Source: Octopus sinensis
Lineage: Eukaryota
NCBI RefSeq assembly: GCF_006345805.1
Contig: NW_021826432.1
Location: 1 to 12,808, forward strand
Direction: 5' to 3'
DNA: 12,808 bases
Shown: one piece after another, positions 7,906 through 12,808 of the stretch
Position numbering within the stretch: position 1 is the first letter of the stretch
Layout of the letters: each line of letters opens with the position of its first letter
Made by a program: the position numbers and the translations under genes
Notes under the pieces: generated by a model
Seen by the model: the letters and a program-made list of their open reading frames with translations, nothing else
What the model was told of the DNA's origin: nothing
The model's database searches: none

Positions 7906-8420
7906 TATGGTGTATGTATGGGTGGTTGTGTGTTTCTGCACGTGTGCGTAGATGGGATGGTCAGTAGTGAGTTGGGCCAGTTTGATGGATGTGTGAATGG
8001 GTGGGTGTGGATGTATGTATGTGTTGGCATGTGTACGTAGACGGAGTGGGAATGTATGTGCGTGTGTGTCCCGCTTTCTCTCTTTCTCTCTGTATGAGTA
8101 TGTGTGTGTGTTCGTGTGTGGGGGGATGTGTGTGTATGAGCGTGCGAGTGAGTGTGGAAGTGTATGTAGTTGTGTGTATGTATGTCCATGTATGTGTGTG
8201 TTGTGTGTGTGAAGGTATATATGCGTTCATGTGCGTGTGTGTGTGTGTGTGTGTGTACTTGTGTGTGTGTGTGTGTGTGCGTACGCGTGTATGTACGTGA
8301 ATGTATGTATGTGTGTGTTGTCTGTGTGTGTTGTGTGTAGAGGTATATGCGCGTTCGTGTGTGCGTGTGCATGTGTGTGTGTGTGTGCGTGTTTGTGTAC
8401 CTGCGTGCGTGTGCGTGTTT
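7906..8420. repeat. TG-rich degenerate low-complexity region
   Basis: Direct reading; it yields only THTH/CVCV pseudo-ORFs. Confidence 0.85.
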
Positions 8421-8841
8421 GCATTTGTTGTTAAATCGAGTACTGTGTCCCCCCCCCCTGTGTCTCAAAGTTCATCAAGCAGAGATCTATAAAATAAATG
8501 CCAGATTGAAATATGCACTGGGGTCAGTATGATCAATTAAATTTTTGAGGGTGACACCCCATCATGGCAACAGTTGAAAGACTAAACCCAGCAAAATAAT
8601 GTTTAAAGACTTAATGGCTTCAAATTTAAGGCAATGGATTGCTAACCACGAGACAATGAGTTCGAAACTTCATACTAAACTTCCACTCTGTACGATAACA
8701 CCTTATGTACATCTCAGTCGATTTGACGTCCGACAATCAACAACTGTAATTTGAAGTTGGATGGTCAGCAGTAAGAAAGATGACCAGATTTCCTTTAAAA
8801 AATTTATTGTGCAAAATATTCTGAGAAAAAGTATTTCTTTC

Positions 8842-9249
8842 ACCACACACACATACACACACACACACACACATACACTCACACACACACGCACGCACAT
8901 ACACACACACACACATACACACACACATACACACACATACACACGCACACACACATACACACACATACACACATACACACATACACACACACATACACAC
9001 ACATACACACACACACATACACACACATACACACACATACACACACACACACATACACACATACACACATACACACACATACACGCACACACACACATAC
9101 ACACACACATACACACACATACACACACATACACACACACATACACACACATACACACACACGCACACACACACATACACACACGCACACACACACATAC
9201 ACACACATACACACACGCACACACACACACGCACACACACATACACACA

Positions 9250-9280
<31 letters not shown>
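8842..9280. repeat. (CA)n/(CACATA)n long compound microsatellite
   Basis: Direct reading; about 440 bp. Confidence 0.97.
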
Positions 9281-9282
<2 letters not shown>

Positions 9283-9362
9283 CTCTGTTTTATATACTAA
9301 GATATAGATATATTTGTATATTGTTATTGTTGATGTTGTTTATTCTATTATATTTATTCAAG

Positions 9363-10074
9363 GCTGAGTATACCAACGGAAAGAAACTAGACATTTTGAA
9401 TTCAGTTAGCGAGTGCCCAAGCAACCCGTGTGTTGAATGTGGTCAGAAAGCTCCCGTCGTTCCGCCCGTGACAGTCACTTCTGCTACGGCGTCAACAACC
9501 AAACGGCCGGCCACGACACCAATTGCCTTCATGCTCGTCCCCAGAGTAGATTTTCAAACAGGGTTTATGGGTGCCATAGCAACGAGGTCTTCGGAAGAAT
9601 ACGGAGTGAGAGACCAAAAGTGGATCATTCCATTGGGCGTGCTCGCCAGTCTCGGTGTCCTTGCGGTCATCGTATTCGAAATCTACATTCTTTACAAACT
9701 GTTGGGCACGAAACTGGGTCGACAATGGAGAACCATGTGGTTGGGACAGTTACTCCTCCTTGGGGTCCTACTTTGCTATTTAACGCTCTTCGCCTTTCTG
9801 CCGACCCCCACCGACATCACGTGCGGAATCACACGGTTTGGCGTCGGTTTCAGCTACGCAGTCGTTTTCTCTGTGATGCTTGTCAAACTTATGGTTATTC
9901 TAACTTCAAAAACGAGCGAAGAAGCTTACCAAACTGAAGGCATGGCTTCTAACTATCTAAGAGGTACCTACCAAATACTCATGTTCTTCTTTGCACTCGG
10001 AATACAACTGGTTATTGACATACAGTGGCTGATCACGATACCTCCAAAAGCAGTACCCGTCACAGACGTCACGG
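9363..10074 (+). CDS. Class C GPCR, coding exon 2: short Cys motif, Pro/Thr stalk, TM1-TM4
   Basis: Acceptor tttattcaAG (9361-9362), phase 0, matches exon 1. Class C 7TM signatures LLLLGVLLCY..F.FLPTP...CGITRFGVG...VMLVK and Q....GIQLVIDIQWLITIPP. Donor G|gtatgt at 10075, phase 1. Confidence 0.92.
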
Positions 10075-10325
10075 GTATGTATTGATATTTCCCCCTTTCA
10101 ATTTTAAAACTGATTTCAACTTAACACTATGGTTAATCTCTTTCAGTTATTCTCCACGGCACCTGTACATAAATTGAACCCCAACTCACCTGCACTTCAG
10201 TTTAATCACGTGGAAAATTATATATAGGGTTTTATTCAGCTTTATATAACGATGAAAAAAATATAATATGCGGACAGCTAAAAGCATTTTGCAAAGCATA
10301 CAAATACAAATACGCACGCAGAAAT

Positions 10326-10331
10326 TCATAC

Positions 10332-10396
<65 letters not shown>

Positions 10397-10705
10397 CATA
10401 CATATATATATATGCATACATAAAGATATATATATATACATATATATATACATACATATATATATACATATATATATACATACATATATATATACATATA
10501 TATACATATATATGTATATGTATGTATGTATGTATGTATGTATTTGTGTGTGTATGTGTGAGAGAGAGAGAGAGAGGTGTATGAGTAAGCGTACTAAATT
10601 AAGCAAGTTTAGGAATAACAACTTGATTTTTACAATATACACACATACACACACACACACATTCACACACACATACACACACACATTCACACACACACAT
10701 ATATA
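10326..10705. repeat. (CATA)/(TA)/(TATG)/(GA)/(CA) compound microsatellites
   Basis: Direct reading. Confidence 0.9.
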
Positions 10706-10855
10706 TGTGTGTATGTATTCCCATCATCAAACGTAGTATCACTGCCATCCCCTACCTTTCCTTACACCCCTGGTACTCACAGTTGCCATCTACGTCTCTC
10801 CGAGATATTACACATACTCTAGCCAACCTGCAGTATCCATTAATAATGAACTTTC

Positions 10856-11205
10856 TTATTGTTGCCACCAGAGGTACTCCTTGTTAATGAACTTAAAGCT
10901 ACCAGCAGCAGCAGACTTAACCTTACTGGTCACGGTAATGCCGAACATGCTGTAAGCTTTGTAGAGGGATTGGCTTGCAAACCCTCTGTATCCCAGTAAG
11001 ATGGGGTCGCGCCTTGCTTGTCAGCCACTGCTTTAGCATAACTCCAGTAGCTAAGCATATTTCCTCCTCTTACGCTCGTTAGCCTCCTCGATGCGGCTCT
11101 CCAGGGAACAGAGAATCCTAGCAAAGCCGTTCGCTTCGATGCATCTGAGATCAGCTTCATATCCAACGCCAGTGATGTTAATGCGATTAACTCATCTTTT
11201 TTTAA
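10856..11205 (-). mobile_element. Decayed HERO-like (RLE-type non-LTR) retrotransposon endonuclease fragment
   Basis: Manual translation gives TSLALDMKLISDASKRTALLGFSVPW /frameshift/ ESRIEEANERKRRKYA*LLELC*SSG*QARRDPILLGYRGFASQSLYKAYSMFGIT..YLWW. This matches the remembered HERO-type pattern T.LRPDMVL.S...K...LELTVPWE.R.EEA.ERK..KY..L...C...GW.....P.EVG.RGF..QSL. Confidence 0.75.
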
Positions 11206-11219
11206 AGTTCAATTAAAAT

Positions 11220-11640
11220 TCTCCATATACTGTAAGAGTTTGCGGTGTGTCTCTCTTGAGATGGCCTACCTAATGCATAGTAATAAGCGTATATTACTTC
11301 TTTATACTCTTCTCGGGTCCATTTGTTCCGCTTACATTTTTCTTTCTGTGTGGTTTGTGGTGGTGAACTTGGAGGGCTCGTGTTGGGGGATTTCCCGTTC
11401 AAGTGACCATCCATGTCCGTATTCGGAGAAGAGTTTGTGCCAGTTGATGACTTTTCGATCCCAGGCTGGCTCTTCCCTGGGGGACGCGCTTCCAGATTAA
11501 CCATAGGACAAGCGATTTGGTATACTGATTTAGTTTTCCTTTTAGTTTCCAAAAACATTTTGGTGCTACGATAATGTTATCATTTTTTAGCTTTGATTGG
11601 CTTGTGGGGAGACGGCCATCATTGCCGTTACAATTATAAT
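11220..11640 (-). mobile_element. Probable 5' end/N-terminal fragment of an R4/Dong-like non-LTR element
   Basis: ORF 11202-11558 has a Ser/Pro-rich linker followed by KRNKWTREEYKEVIYAYYYAL...SYSIWR, resembling the KWT.EE...V..CYY N-terminal motif of R4-clade ORFs. The element starts right after a (TAA)n array. Confidence 0.45.
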
Positions 11641-11642
11641 CG

Positions 11643-11668
11643 TTTATTATTATTATTATTATTATTAA

Positions 11669-11720
<52 letters not shown>
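11643..11720. repeat. (TTA)n microsatellite immediately upstream of the exon 3 acceptor
   Basis: Direct reading. It explains the poly-Leu in ORF 11593-12273. Confidence 0.97.
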
Positions 11721-11740
11721 TTTATTTTTTATTGTTTCAG

Positions 11741-12273
11741 ATGGCAAAGTTTGGATATGTAACCACTACACGTGGTCGACTGGTGCAGGGCCAGACAAGT
11801 CGATGGAATTTTCCCGAAACGAATTTGAAAACCATCTACTGACCCTTGTCTATGTTATGTTTCTGATTCTCCTCACAACCGGGGTCTCAATGAAGGCCCA
11901 TGGCATCGTCACCAATCACCGAGAGAGCATCTTCATCGGGCTGTCGGCCGGGCTGAGCATACCGCTCTGGATAGCTTGGGGACTCATCGGGGGATTGAAC
12001 CGAACCTCGCCCTTTGCCTCCCAATTCGGGGACGCCTGTATCGCATTCGGTCTGTTCTTGAACGCGACGCTAATTCTCTTCGCCATGTTCTTGCCGAAAG
12101 TACGACAGTTGGTCAACATGGGACTGGAAGGTGTTTATCTGGAAGACGACAGGGATACCGCCTACGCTGAGTCGGTGATCAGTTACAAAACCGCAATTCG
12201 GAGCAATATTGGACCTTTCATGAATGGTGGGGGTTCGATTTACAACGGATCTGTAAGGGACCCAAGTAAGTAA
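11741..12273 (+). CDS. Class C GPCR, coding exon 3: ECL2 Cys, TM5-TM7, start of C-tail (ends at stop 12271-12273 or splices at 12265)
   Basis: Acceptor attgtttcAG (11739-11740). Phase-1 G + AT rebuilds Asp in frame (VTDVT-D-GKVWIC). Motifs LVYVMFLILLTT, NHRESIFIG (NFNEAK-like) and FAMFLPKV. In-frame TAA at 12271 overlaps a possible donor gtaagt at 12266. Confidence 0.9.
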
Positions 12274-12497
12274 TGAAAATGCTTGATCTTCGTTTAGTTT
12301 ATCGGATTATTATCTCACGCCTTCATTTGAACCCTTACCCACATTAACTACCTCCAACTGTTTTATTGCTCATACTTGTACAACGCTCTCTCAGAGACTC
12401 ACCATGCATTTACGACAAGGAGTAACCACATGTTACTATGCCACATACCATACAGCGAAGTTAGGTAGAAAATACTAGTAGACTATACAGCCATACT

Positions 12498-12711
12498 ATC
12501 TCTTACTTATTCCAATGATTTGATTACGGTCATGCTGGGGCACCGTCTAGAAATTTTAGTCGACTGTACCAACCCCATTACTTGTATATATTTTAAAAGC
12601 CTGGTACTTACTCTATTGGTATCTTTTGCCGCTACGATACGGGGACGTAGACACACCAACACCGGTTGTCAAGCGGTGATGAGAGACAACCACACACAAA
12701 GACACACACAC

Positions 12712-12747
<36 letters not shown>

Positions 12748-12808
12748 GACGAGCTTCTTTTAGTTTCCTCCTGCCAAATCCACTCTCAAGGCTTTGGTCA
12801 ACCTGAGG
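12498..12808 (-). mobile_element. Diverged SINE family A copy, minus strand, head beyond the window end
   Basis: The reverse complement gives gaccaaagccttgagagtggatttggc..gaaact.aaagaagc.cgtcgtatata..cttgacaaccggtgttggtgtgt..ggtgccccagcatgaccg, homologous to 2660-2960. Confidence 0.75.

Overview
Eukaryotic, microsatellite- and retroposon-rich genomic DNA. The SINE-like repeats and SSR density resemble Octopus (cephalopod); this is inferred from remembered repeat families, not from a search. One + strand gene is present: a class C (mGluR-like) GPCR with three coding exons (4913-6250, 9363-10074, 11741-12265/12273) whose splice phases join correctly, giving about 860 aa. It has a signal peptide, a Venus-flytrap domain lacking the glutamate-binding residues, no nine-cysteine domain (a CxxxxCxxC motif plus a Pro/Thr stalk instead) and a 7TM domain. 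The most notable non-coding feature is a 489-bp near-perfect palindrome (3132-3620). Its right arm holds a near-canonical type I hammerhead ribozyme (GCGG-CUGAAGA-stem II-GAAA-CAUAUGU-A-CCGC), and its left arm holds the antisense copy with a 1-nt core deletion. This fits an inverted pseudo-LTR of a Penelope-like element. A second, unrelated, degenerate hammerhead-like core lies at about 1985-2030. Also present are tRNA-type SINEs of two families, two Tx1-like LINE 3' ends inserted in (GATA)n, R4/Dong-like and HERO-like LINE fragments, and many microsatellites that explain most ORF-track entries.
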